A stretch of 64,000 nt of DNA from Mytilus trossulus (lineage: Eukaryota), in assembly GCF_036588685.1 (NCBI RefSeq), contig NW_026963294.1, positions 5,022,001 through 5,086,000 on the forward strand, read 5' to 3'. Position numbers and translations under genes: made by a program. The notes under the pieces are model-generated. The model saw only the letters and a list, made by a program, of their open reading frames with translations. It did no database searches and was not told where the DNA came from. This document shows positions 37,561-50,057 of this stretch, in pieces. The first letter of the stretch is position 1. Every line of letters starts with the position of its first letter.

Positions 37561-40500
37561 CAGTTGTTTTTTTTGTTTTTTTTACTTTGCTGGTTTTGAT
37601 TCAAATTACAATTACAAATCTACAACCTACAATGCAAGGTTCATTATTGAATAAATATGAATTGTTAAATCCCCTAACGTATTGATAACTTATCCTGTAA
37701 ATAAGCTTTTTAAAGAAAGTTACCTGTCGTCATCACAAGTCGATTTTTCGAAACATATTGTGTCATATCACGTATTAGATCAGTTAACAAACACATGCAA
37801 AAGTTCAAATAAGAATATGATCAACTTTAAATTACATGTACTTGTAGGGAAATACTGAAGAAATAAAAATATTAAACCCACGATGACTCTGAACATTTTA
37901 ACATTTTTACTTTATTTCTTGTACTGACTATAATATTACAATGATAAATAAACATGAAGTAAAACTAAAAACAAATGTATTGAATCATATAAGAAAGCAT
38001 GCATATAAGAGTGTGTACAGAACTTTCAGCTTGGCACAAGATGGTCTGAGACCACAATTATTTCGTGGTGCATTTCTTAAAGCCAATAAATGCATATTAA
38101 AAAAATCCCACCTTCCTCAATAAAATGTTTACAGTGTGTTGTATTACTTTTGGGACAAATTATAGAAACATTCATCGGTTCTAATTCAAAATGTGGACAA
38201 TTTTATATTAAGGGGGTCTTGCAATCTTTTAACAGCTTCTTACGTGTTAATTTTAACCTTTCTCAACTGTACCAAATCACTACTTTACTTTAAAATGTAT
38301 TATCCAAATTTTAGGACAGTGCCATTTTTACCTTGACTTACAGTTTGAGGCATAAAACATGGAGAAATATATTTGGAAAGGGTATAAACAAAATTGGCAA
38401 GAAACACACTGTCAACACTAGGGACTACATTTGTGGACAACGACAATCAAGGGATGACAATTGTGGGTTGGACCAGATAACAGATAACAGAACATACTAT
38501 TTAGACGATCAAGATAATATATGACCGCCTTTTGATAGACTTATACGGGAGAGGCAAAAAAGTGGTATTGAACAAAAAAAGCATGAAGCAATGAATAATG
38601 TGATTCATATGAATGTTATACTGGAAACTTTTAAAACACAGTTGTCAGCTAAATAGACAGATTGCAATATAATTTCGCCATATGATACGTTGATATTTGA
38701 TCGACAGAAAAAGAAAGAAAAAAAGAGAGAAAATCAATGGTGTTGTCAACTTGAATCACATAAACACAAGAGAAGCTGGGTTACCAATACATACAATGCT
38801 GTGTATAAATAATTGAATGATGCACGTTCAAGAATAATTGTGCTGTTTTGATAATAGCTAAATATATAACTGTTTTAGTTTTTTACAATAATGCAAACAT
38901 CTAATTCATATATATCGCGTTTGTAGCTATAGAAAGGCAGGAATATTTATTCACCGAAATAACGTCCATTTTTATTTCAAGAAACATTTTTAATTGTTTT
39001 TCAAGTGCTGTTTAATTATATGTTGACTTGAAACTGTAATTAAGGAGCATTTCCTTGGAGCTCAACTTATGCCTTATGCAATATTTGTTTCATTTAAATT
39101 TTTGTTATAATCAAACTATGTTAAAAATGCATCAATCATTATTTTTCTTTTGAATTTGACTTTCTTTAGTTTGCATTTATCTTTTTGTTGAATCTCAAAC
39201 TAAAAGCTGAAAGGAGAGATTATTTTTAACAGGATGTTTTTTTTTTCTCAATGGTATACCATATCTGATCAATATATTTTTTTTTCACACGTCATGTTTT
39301 CTTTTTTGTTAAAGTTATCTTTAAACAGTGAAAAAGGTTAAGTATCGTCTGTTTTAAGTAGACATCTGTTTTCAAAGACGGTCTTTTCATATACTTATAT
39401 TAAGATTTACAATTATGCATTATTTTCTATTTCTTACCAGCGGTTGTCGATATAGTTCGGTATATGAAAAACTACATCATAAAGTAAGTTAAAATTAAAT
39501 ACCTTAATAATGCAATAAAAAGGCATTATTTTTAAAATGTTGGTGTTTTGCATACAATCATTTCCATAAAACAATCCAGCAAATACATAATGTATTGGTA
39601 CTATCGATACATAGGTAAAGTTGACATTTTTTTAAATTTTGAAGTGGTTTGTTGTGTCATATGTTTGTGTGTTTAACACACATTTATTTGCAAATGATTC
39701 ATCTGTACATATTATTTCTACCTCAACTGGCCAGAGGTAAATATAAAAAAGAAGATGTGGTATGATTGCCAATGAGACAACTTTCCACAAGAGACCAAAG
39801 TGACACAGACATTAACAACTATAGGTCACCGTACGGCCTTCAACAAATTAACTTTTGTCACAAGAAGTGGCTATATTGTTTTGCATGCTTGTACACTTGT
39901 AATTCCTTATTAACAGTCTATTGTACTAGAAAAAAAAATCGTCATGTTTAGAAATATTTTGATCAATATCGCTAGCGCACTTATAAATAGAAGTTCACAA
40001 AGCGAAAAACATCCTGTTAAAGAGATGTTCAAAAGATATTTATCTCTTTTCCACCTTTTTTTCGAAGTTTTCAAAACGATCAAAAGAAAAGATTAACCGA
40101 ACAGAACAAAGCAATGCAAGGTTCAGATTACTAAACTTTTAAAAGAAAGAGGATTGTAATTTCAAATGAATATACTGACTCCTTTTCTACAAACATTGTT
40201 TAGAATCTATATTCATTGTTACGAAAGATGCACCTACGATATGACCACACAGTCAAACTGTAAACAATGAACCATCTGATCACTAACTCATATACTTCAT
40301 TAATTCCACTTGCGTGTGGGCATTCAATTGCTAAAGCTGTAACTTAATACATGTTGGTTTGATTAGGAAAAGGATCCTCCAGGTACCTTATGCATTGGTC
40401 CCCTTCAATGGATAGTAATGACCTCACTGAATAGAACCAAGGAAAATTCAAAAAGAACATTCCTTTATCAAATAGCAGAAAAAAAGCTCACATACATCAA

Positions 40501-41261
40501 CCTTGTCAATTGAATGGAAATTAACTGTGGTATTTCAAACTTTTCATATAGTTTTGAATTGTAAGTATTGAAGCATAAAGGGTTGTCATAGATACATCAC
40601 TTGATTTTTTTTAATTAACAGTAAGTTTCGGACACATCATAAATCTGAAATAGACTGAACATTATACGTCATAATTCAATTTGGATTATGCCTCGTAGCC
40701 TAGACAAACGATACCTTCACATACATTTTTGATATAAACTCTGTTTCACTGTCAAATCTATAATTGACTGTCGGAATAATGTGGTAGGCTGCTATATTTG
40801 CTTGCTGGTATTCAGATGTTTATTATATAATACAAAATTATCCAATGAAACAACGCATTTGTTCTTTGCGTTATGCCTTTTATAAGGAATTATCATAATA
40901 TAGCTGTAGAGTAGCTGCCGTACATTATGGATTTGACGGGGGTTGCGTCACTAGTAAAACTGCATGTTTTATAGTTAATAAAGGCAACAGTTGTTCACAT
41001 ATTTCCTTAAACAACTGAAGCTCGTGAACTTCAGGAATTTCATTCATTAATTTCAGATATGTTAAATTCTCTGTACAAAGATGTGACATTAGTTTATTGA
41101 TTTTCGATTTATCTAAATCTGAACAGTATACATAAAAACATTTGAAAAAAATTCTCAATAAAACATTCTTGAACTCACTAAGGAAATATACCAAGTTACA
41201 ACCCAGTTCTATTGTTATACTTCATAGTTTCTATTTTTAAAACACGTGTAAATTATATAGA

Positions 41262-41375
41262 TCTATTGTTACGAATAACAATGGATTTTGACCAGAGGCT
41301 GTGACAAGCGGGGTTTCTGGGTACCCCTGCTTCTACATTCCGCAAACAAAGTCCATTGTTTTTCGTAACAATAGA
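41262..41375. repeat. Inverted repeat or hairpin, likely the end of a small element
   Basis: tctattgttacgaataacaatgga ... tccattgtttttcgtaacaataga. Confidence 0.75.
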
Positions 41376-41624
41376 AATTGATTTTTCTTTGAATAGCAGG
41401 AACATAAGAAATTACTAATAGTGTTCACTACAAATTGTTTCAAGATATTAAAAAAAAAAACATTTTAGGAAATTCCAAAGCGAAAAAAAAAATTAAGCAT
41501 CTCCTTAAATACCAAAAAAAACCCTTTAATTACTCCTTTGTTAAAAGTAATATTTTTTCATCCCAGTCATATGTTTCTATTTTAAAAAGGGGGGATTCTA
41601 ACTCTCGGACCCTCCCTTGTTATC

Positions 41625-41747
41625 CAGTGGCGGATCCGGGATAGGGGTATCGCGGGTTGGACCCGATTTAAAAGATCAATGTATTTGACTGATTGGAATC
41701 CCACTCCCTTTCTGTTGAGTTGGGAACCCCAGCTGGATCAGCCCCTC
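41625..41747. mobile_element. Short hAT-like MITE remnant (CAGTGGCGGATCC end)
   Basis: Degenerate TIR pair. Related single ends near 54719 and 56517. No TSD seen. Confidence 0.45.
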
Positions 41748-44700
41748 TCTCCAAAAGAGAGAGTTACGAAATATCAAATCTTTATCTTTGTATGCTAAGC
41801 GTGTCTGGTAGTCGGGTTTCTATTGCAAACATACTAATCCCTTTGTAGGTCCGAATATGAATGTTTATTTATTCTCAAGAAGAGAGGGGACTTTTTTCCC
41901 ATAAAACCGTAAGATAAAAAATATAGTGATGATAACCTTAATTAAACTGATTCAGGTACATGTAGGTACTTTGGGTTATAATATTGCCTTTATCTTTAGT
42001 CTCTTCTACCAAATCCAACGCTTGCCAAAAAATGTCGTCGGTCTCATACCCTTCCATATTGACAACTGCATACAAGGAGCATGATATATTTTTGTTGACC
42101 TGCTAATCCATATTAACCCAAGGATTTCATTGGAATATGCCAAACAACCTTGACATTGGCAAAATAAACTCAGTTACTAGTGGGGTTTCGTGTAATAAAA
42201 ACAATTCTTATAAATCATTGTTTGATATTGTCAATAAAATATATGCTATCGGTTGTTTTTTTTTTCATTTAATAATCAATGTTAACAATAAAGAGTTTAG
42301 AATGGTGTGTAAGCTAGTTATACACCTCGGGATACGACCTTTCCCTCAGGTGTATAACTATTATTGAAACGGCAAGGTACATATAGGTGTTTCTTGAAAT
42401 GTATGCTTCATCTTAAACATTGTTAAACGCAGTCAAAATGTGGCGATTACAAGTATGACATAGTCGGTATATTTCAATTCGTATAATTATGCGTTATGTT
42501 CGTCTCATATTTGGTTTCATACCAAATCCCTAACGGGAGGTATTGTACTCGATATCCATATAATGTAGACATAATCACTCAATTAATTGAGGTCTGAAGC
42601 TATCATGTCAGTTAACTGCTAGTAGCTATGCTAATTTCTGTATCATTGTACTTTTATTTAGTTTCTTTTGTTACCTATTCTGAAAATCGGATTTTGACTT
42701 CTTTTGTATTTTTGAGTTTTACTCTGCGTATTGTTGTGTGCTTGTTTTCTTTTCTACAATGATTAGAGGTATAGGATGAGGGTTTACATCGCAAAAAACA
42801 TGTTTTACCTATCGCATTTTTGATCCTGTCCCTGGTCATGAGCCTGTGGACTTTGACAGTCTTGTATGATTTTTAATTTAAGTTTCTTCCGGATATTTAG
42901 GAGTTTAGTATGACGTCCATTATCACTGAACAAGTATACATTAATGTCTAGGGGCCAATTGAAGCACACCTGTTGGTGCTTGAGTTTTTTGTTGCATTGC
43001 AGGCCTATTGTTGGCCTTTAGTTGTTGTCTACTCTTTAGTCGGGTTATTATCTCTTTGCACATTACCCATTCACATTCTCAATAGTATAAGGTAATTAGA
43101 ACTTTGGTGTAGATTAATAGTATACTTTAGTTTTACTTTTATTGAACATAAGGAGATGACACGTTTCGAATATACTAGAAAGCAGAATTATTTACAAAGT
43201 AACGTTATACTACTCTTCATAAAGGTTAAGGTCATTTACTGCTTAAATAGTTCTACATGCCGGTCCTTTCATTTTACAAATACTATTGTTATGTTTGAGA
43301 CTCATATTTAGATCCTTCTCTCAAAACACTTCTCTGTAGATTTCAACAAAGGAAATTGTTTGGGGAAGACATGTATGGTGTTAATGTCTCATCAATTCGG
43401 GATTACCTGATACGAGAAAAAAAAAACACATTTATATTTCCTGTTCCGTATTTTTTTCTTTTGTAGACTGATTCGAATATTGTTATTAATAAACGTAATG
43501 CATTTGAATATCAACAACAACTAGACAAAGTATACTGTTCACATCAGCTGATCTGACTATGAAATTTCATTTAAACTATAATTACATTTTTTCTTTAAAA
43601 AAACAATATAATTTAGTCATTTAAAATCGTATCCTCCCATAACTATTTCTAGCAAAAATTGTTATAAGACATTAGCATATTATAGCTGGGTCTGTTATTT
43701 CATTTTTCAGAATTATCGAAGTACAAGTCATACCATGAAACTAAAAATAATTTGGAAAATAGATCTAAACAATGTAAAAATAAGATAGGAATAACCAACC
43801 TACATCCATGTTTATTTTGATAAAGCGGGAAATCTATTATTGTTTTCCCAATATTGAGAAATGAAATGTTTTGAACAAACAACACTCAAATATTCGTAAA
43901 ATCTGAATTTAATGCATCATGTTTCCTTTCTAATTATATTAACAAGAATCCGTGTCCACATATGGTTATTAAATGACAAAATGAAACAAAAATGTATATA
44001 CTATGTTAATTTTTTACAATTGTTCTTATGGACCGTAAATTGTATGAGTGTCGTTTAATTGTTGTGTAAGGAGCATGTCGTATGATATGTATAAGTGTCC
44101 CTCGTTTCTCGTGTCTCGTTTGTATATAGTTTAGAGCATTTGTTTTCCCGTTTGAATGCTTTTACACTATTCATTATTTGGGGCTTTTATAGATTGTTGA
44201 TTGGTGTTAACAGAAACTCCATCTTGAAGACCGTACTTTGACCTCTAACATGTATAATGTATTATTTTTGAAAGTTGTGACTTGGATGGGGAGTTGATAC
44301 ATGTATATATTAGAAGTTTGTTTTTGGCTTATCATACCTATGTAAGAAGGTGTGAGATAAGTGTCAATATTTCAAATTAACATGATAACAAAACCAGGTT
44401 AAACATACACTGAACGAATGAGTTTGCTTTATGACGCATTGTAAATGACGTAATGTTTTAGTCTTAATTATTGTTTTGTATATTCCACTCCTTTTATTTA
44501 TTTTTTTTCATAATGAATGAAGTTTTACTGCACCGTTCCTGTTCGTAATTTACTTATTCTACTTTTCAATTAAGGACCCTTTTTAATTAAATATTGAATA
44601 TATAGGGCAAAATGTTCAATAAAGTACCCCTGTAAATTAGTTAATGAATATCTAGGGTAAACTGTTCAATAAAATATATCTAATAGAGTAAGTTATATTT

Positions 44701-44999
44701 ATAAAACTGCATAAGAACAATTCAATCGTATACCAGAATACGGTATGTGTCTTAACCGTACTCTATATGGTTTTGATAAAAACTTCACTGAACCTTGAAA
44801 TTGATGATGATTCTTTATACTGATAGCATAACTCTTTTTGAACCTTTTTGACTTTTACACCACTAAACTATATGAGAAGTCTTAAGTGATGAGGTCATAA
44901 TGTTCATCTTCAAATTTATAGGCGGTAATTATATTTTGAAGACTAAGTATATGCTTATCAATTCTTACAAATGCAAATAGCTGGTCAACGTTATGCCAA

Positions 45000-46340
45000 T
45001 AATGAACTAGTAAATTAAAGAAACAACAGACACGGCTTCCTCCGCCTGATTTGTAGACTTATATCTTACCAAATATCACACAGTCATCTCAGTACCAGAA
45101 TCTATGACAAAGGAGACGATTTTAATTTTGAAATTATAAATTTCCTCTACCTTAGTAGCAATATACCAACTTCACCTGCATATGGGATATATATTTCCCA
45201 ACTTATTCGATATTCAAGAGCTTGCAGTCCTACTCAGACTTTGTAAAACGTCATCAGTGTCTGAGTAGAAAGTTGATGAACCAATGATATGTCAAAGAAC
45301 GTCTCGTCCTTTTTTTTTTAAAGTTCATCAGAAGGTACCATGATCTTTTTGATAAATATTCTGTATCAACTTCGCAAATATTACATGATGGTCTTGATGT
45401 ATAGATACTGCGTACTGATGTTGTTTATCATCTTAACAACATGTTTTATTGTTCTTTCATTTGTCTTTGTTCTATTATTTATATTACTTTCACTGTCGGA
45501 TTGTTTTATTTGATATCCGTTTAACGTGGCTTGATACTTATACATCCCGTCAATGTGTTTGTATTGTCTTTCATTTTTTGGTAGTGTGTTTTGTATATCC
45601 GACTTTTTGTATTTCTTTGGTTCTTATAACGTGACTGTGTACTTTAAGAGATCCCGTCAGTATGATATTGTTCTATTTTATGTTTTTATGATATATTTCT
45701 ATTATGAATTACAAAATACGTTGAACCACAAACGTCAAAATTATTCAATCACGTAGTGAAATTAACTATTTGCGGATTCTTATAAATTCGATATAACTTT
45801 TGGACTATTTCAAATCTCACTCTATTTCTAAAATGTATTCTTACATACTTTTGATTTTTCAACCCTGTATACTAACATTTCCTATGTGAAATTTAAAAAT
45901 TGTTTGTATGTACATTATACGACAAATATATGTGACGTTTAACATTTTTTGACGTCAGACACGCAAATCAATGAATGTCTTTGTAGAGAGATGTTTTTGT
46001 GTTCTGTTAAATTTTACAACTTTTAAAATTGTTACACGATGATGTCTGTTGTACCCATATTTTGACTATTTTATTTATTGTGTCTGTTTAGTTAACGCAT
46101 CATTGTAAATATAACGGAATTTGATGAGACTGTCATCAAAGTGAGAGGATTAGCGCTATAAAACCAGGTTTAATCCACCATTTTCTACATTTAAAAATGC
46201 CTGTACCAAGTCAGTAATATGACAGTTCTTGTCCATTCGTTTTTGATGCGTTTCGTTACTTGATTTTGCCATGTGATTATGGACTTTCCGATTTTGATTT
46301 TCCTCTGAGTGCAGTATTTTTGTGACTTTACTTTTTATAT
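45000..46340 (+). mobile_element. Penelope-like element 3' portion (RT thumb and tail)
   Basis: KETTDTASSA...LSTRIYDKGDDFNFEIINFLYLSSNIPTSPAYGIYISQLIRYSRAC. The tail (46040-46340) recurs at about 29690, 32850(-), 47950, 60300 and 61500(-). Confidence 0.8.
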
Positions 46341-47389
46341 GTACAGGCAATAAAAAATTTTTAAAATCATCGTGTTGCTTACAATGGAAGCACACACCGG
46401 GTTGTACTACTTTCCATGTTCAAAGTAGTACATAGTTGGCTTATATTTAATGTTTTATTTTCCATATAAACATTTTCAATGTGTTGTTTTCAAGGTTTAA
46501 TTTCTAGTTATACGACAGATACATCAGACGTCAACCGAGAACAAAACTCTGTCAACTTCAGATTGTGAATTGTCAGATGTTGTTATGATCCATATTGCCA
46601 TCTTATTGGAAGGAACGTAACATTACTCAAGTTCGAGACGTTTAAACATGTTTTCATATCACCAGAATGTGGAACACCGTTTAAATAGATCTAAAACAGT
46701 GCCATAAGGCCATCAACGACGTGTGTTCTTCTTATTGTAAAAATGTTGTGTAAATTAGAAAGATCTGATAACAAATCTCTTAATTATATTTTCAATATAC
46801 AAATGATATATGTTTGATATTGTGGATATTCGAATTTCCCGTTTTGAAAAAATAAAGAAATACAATGAGAATAAGAGAGTAAGCGACAAATCAGCCAGAA
46901 ATGTAAAGGTGGAATTACATAAATACAACATGGACATACTTAAAAATGAAATGATAAATTTTTCATTCCGTTTCCCTACAAATCATGGAGTAAACACTAA
47001 CAACATATCATCCATTTATGTAAGGCATATTCCGAATATTTGAAGGTCTCAATTATGCACTGATTATCTTAGCTATAAAAAAAGAAATCTACAAAATATA
47101 GTTCATTATGGGGTTCTAGTAAGTGTTCTAGTACTTATATGTGTTTTAACTACTAGTATCTTTTTATCTAGAATGAAACATTTGAACACAGGTGAATTAG
47201 ATATTTGGATGTTTTATATTAATAACGTGATTATGATAGTCCTTTTGATCTGGTTGACACATTTTACTTTTAAATCTTAGAACCTTACGTTCTTACAATC
47301 GTATCTAACAAAAGTTTCCTTATTCGATCAAATAAAAAAAATTACTTGTCAAAAATAAATCTAATACAGCTTTCTTATGTGTTATGAAC

Positions 47390-47530
47390 TGGGGGTTTTG
47401 TCACAAGACAAATGACTTATCAGTGACGCTCGAATCCAAAAATGTTAAAAAGGCCACATGAAATACGAAGTTGAAGGCCACTGAGAACCAAAATTCCAAA
47501 AATGTTTGCCAAATACAGTTTAGGTAATCT
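47390..47530 (-). ncRNA. Degenerate hammerhead/retrozyme remnant
   Basis: RNA GCGUCA CUGAUAA GUC...GAC AAAA; flanks match the other retrozyme fragments. Confidence 0.55.
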
Positions 47531-50015
47531 ATGATTGTTATTCATAGATCAAATTCAGATATTTTTTAATATAGATCTGTATCAATGACCTAACAGCCTT
47601 AATCCTATCGGAAATATTATGTTCGTCTTCTTTCTTTCGTGTAATACAGTGCCTGAATACATCAATGTTTTGAAGGTGTGTTTCCAAATGATGGAGTTAG
47701 GTTCACGATATTTTGGGCCTTTTAATCGCACATGTCGCATAGGATCTTGTCTCATTTTTAACGTTTGAAAAGCATACTAGTTTGAATATTCTGTGACTGG
47801 CAATATCCGAAATGATAGCTGTAAATTTGTACTGGTTTGGATATGGATATGCAACAGTGGTTTTCACCAAAGAGATGTTTAGCTAGCTATGTACAGTGGT
47901 TTCCATACGTGAGATTTATTGTTAGCTATATAGAATGGTTTCCAGAGGTGAGAAAATTTGCTAGCTATAAAGTTTTATCCACCATTTTCTATGTAAGAAA
48001 ATGCCTGTACTAAACCAGGAATATGACAGTTGTTATCCATTCGTTTGGTGTGCTTGAGCTTTTTATTTTGTCACTCGATTAGGAACTTTCCTGTTTGAAT
48101 TTTCATCGGAGTTCAGTACTTTTGTGATTTTACTTTTCAACCTTAAGTTGTACAGATAATGAAGTTTTGAAAGGCGTTATGCGTAAAAAGTGTGCTCATG
48201 TGATGAATACTTTACGACTTTTGTATGAATTGCAGCAGATCATACGTAGATATATCTTTGATAGCATGTTATGTTTAGTGACCATGCGTCTTTGTGTAAT
48301 AATTCGCTAATCTAAAAGATGAATTATATGGAATACCTTTACCGTCAATGATGCCTTCGAAACCAAAAGGAGTGAAAGTGGCCAAATGTTGGGCTTTTTT
48401 TCTGTGGAAAGGCATTGCAAAATAAGGATGGTTAGTTCTATTCTATACTTTTGAGTGATGCGAACTTAAACAGAAATGGTTGAATGATCAGTATGATTCA
48501 GAGACTAGTACATTTTTAACATATTCCTCAATGCATACAGTTTATTGAATATAAAACTTTTGATTTTAAGATTTTTTATCGTTCAATTAAATTACATAGT
48601 ATGACTTAAAAGAATTAACAAATACATTTTGCGTATAATATCGTAAGTAAACCATGTAAACGGTATGTATTCGCTCGATTGTTTTACATGCAGAATATAA
48701 GAACGTTATATTAGTGCAGCAAAAAAATGCCAATGGTGTTAAAAGATATATCATAAAGATGTAATGTTTGTCTTCGATCGTTGTTTCATCAAGAATTAAA
48801 GAAAAGTCGACTTAATGTATTCCATTCACACCAATACTTAATAATTTAGAAATATCAGATTCAACTTACAATGTAACAGATTCGTTATTGATAGTAAGAG
48901 AACAAGAAACGGGATCGCAATTATAATGTTCTTGTCTTATATAAATGATTAATAATGGCTAACTGGTAAGACTTTAACAAATCATAGCATAATACCATAA
49001 TCAAGTATTCGATATCATCCAATTAAGTTAAGTTACATATCTAAGACAAAATATATATGAGAAAAACAAACGAGGGAAAATAATTAGGTTCAGGATCTGA
49101 TGACGTCCAAATCTCCGGATTCATGTTCCAGGTCAACTATGCCGTTCAAACATGAACCAAAAACATAAGCTTTTTTATATAAGTTTGAATCTAAAATCAG
49201 CTATCAACAGCGTTAACAAACTATGCTTTAATAACGTTGAATCTCACTCAGGTTCCATCGCTTCACTTTATGTCAAAGGGGGGAATACCTGTAATTTTTA
49301 ATCTTGAATTTAATTTAGAAGGGTAGTGCATTTAACTATTGACAGTATAGTTTTTGCTATTCTGATTAACTTGCCTATGTTGCTTAAATATGTGATCCAA
49401 TAATGACAGAATAAGAACAAAAAATGGATGAAAGGGGCTTATACTGTGTTATAACATTTATTTAATATGTTGTAACGTAATAAGATAAATACTGATTCTG
49501 ATAAATAGAAACTCAATGCGTAATTGGCTTTTTTCAGTTTGAGTGAATTTAAAGTTTTGTATACTGAGGTACTTGATACTAACAGGATGACACACCTCTG
49601 GCAATTTATTTTGATTGATACTTATTGATTAATTTTATCTTTTCATATTACCTTTGATACACAAATAAGATGACAGTGTAATATTTTAAATCATTTGCTC
49701 GATCGTTGAATTCAGAATGTAAACATTTCACGCAAATTTCAACACTTATGTAAAGACAAAAAAAAACTAATTTCCCGCCTTTTTTTCGATTGCTTATATC
49801 TCAAATATATAGCAATCTTTTAAAGAGTTTTTTTTATTTTGAAACAGTGTAACACAAATCCTTTATTGAATGAGCAACGCAGCCATATTATTTCGTAGAC
49901 AATTTGTTTAGAGTTCCGTATTTTTATTAGAAGTCAAAGGTATATATTAAAATACGAGGATATTAATCATTGATATGTTTTAAAAAATTGAAAACAACAC
50001 AATTAATAATTTCTT

Positions 50016-50057
50016 GCGTCCGAAGCGCCTTTCTGGATTTACCTTCATCAGGAACGC
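50016..50057 (-). ncRNA. Type I hammerhead variant in a partial retrozyme (about 50000-50275)
   Basis: RNA reads GCGUUC CUGAUGA A GG UAAAU CC A GAAA G GCGC U UC^GGACGC. Confidence 0.8.

Noticed and set aside
48337-48401. 65-bp segment with AG/GT borders on the minus strand
   Set aside because: No recognisable peptide and no phase link to the gene model; chance occurrence is likely.
49072-49110. CTGATGA followed by a small stem (hammerhead or C/D snoRNA?)
   Set aside because: No GAAA after the stem and no nearby D box with a terminal stem.
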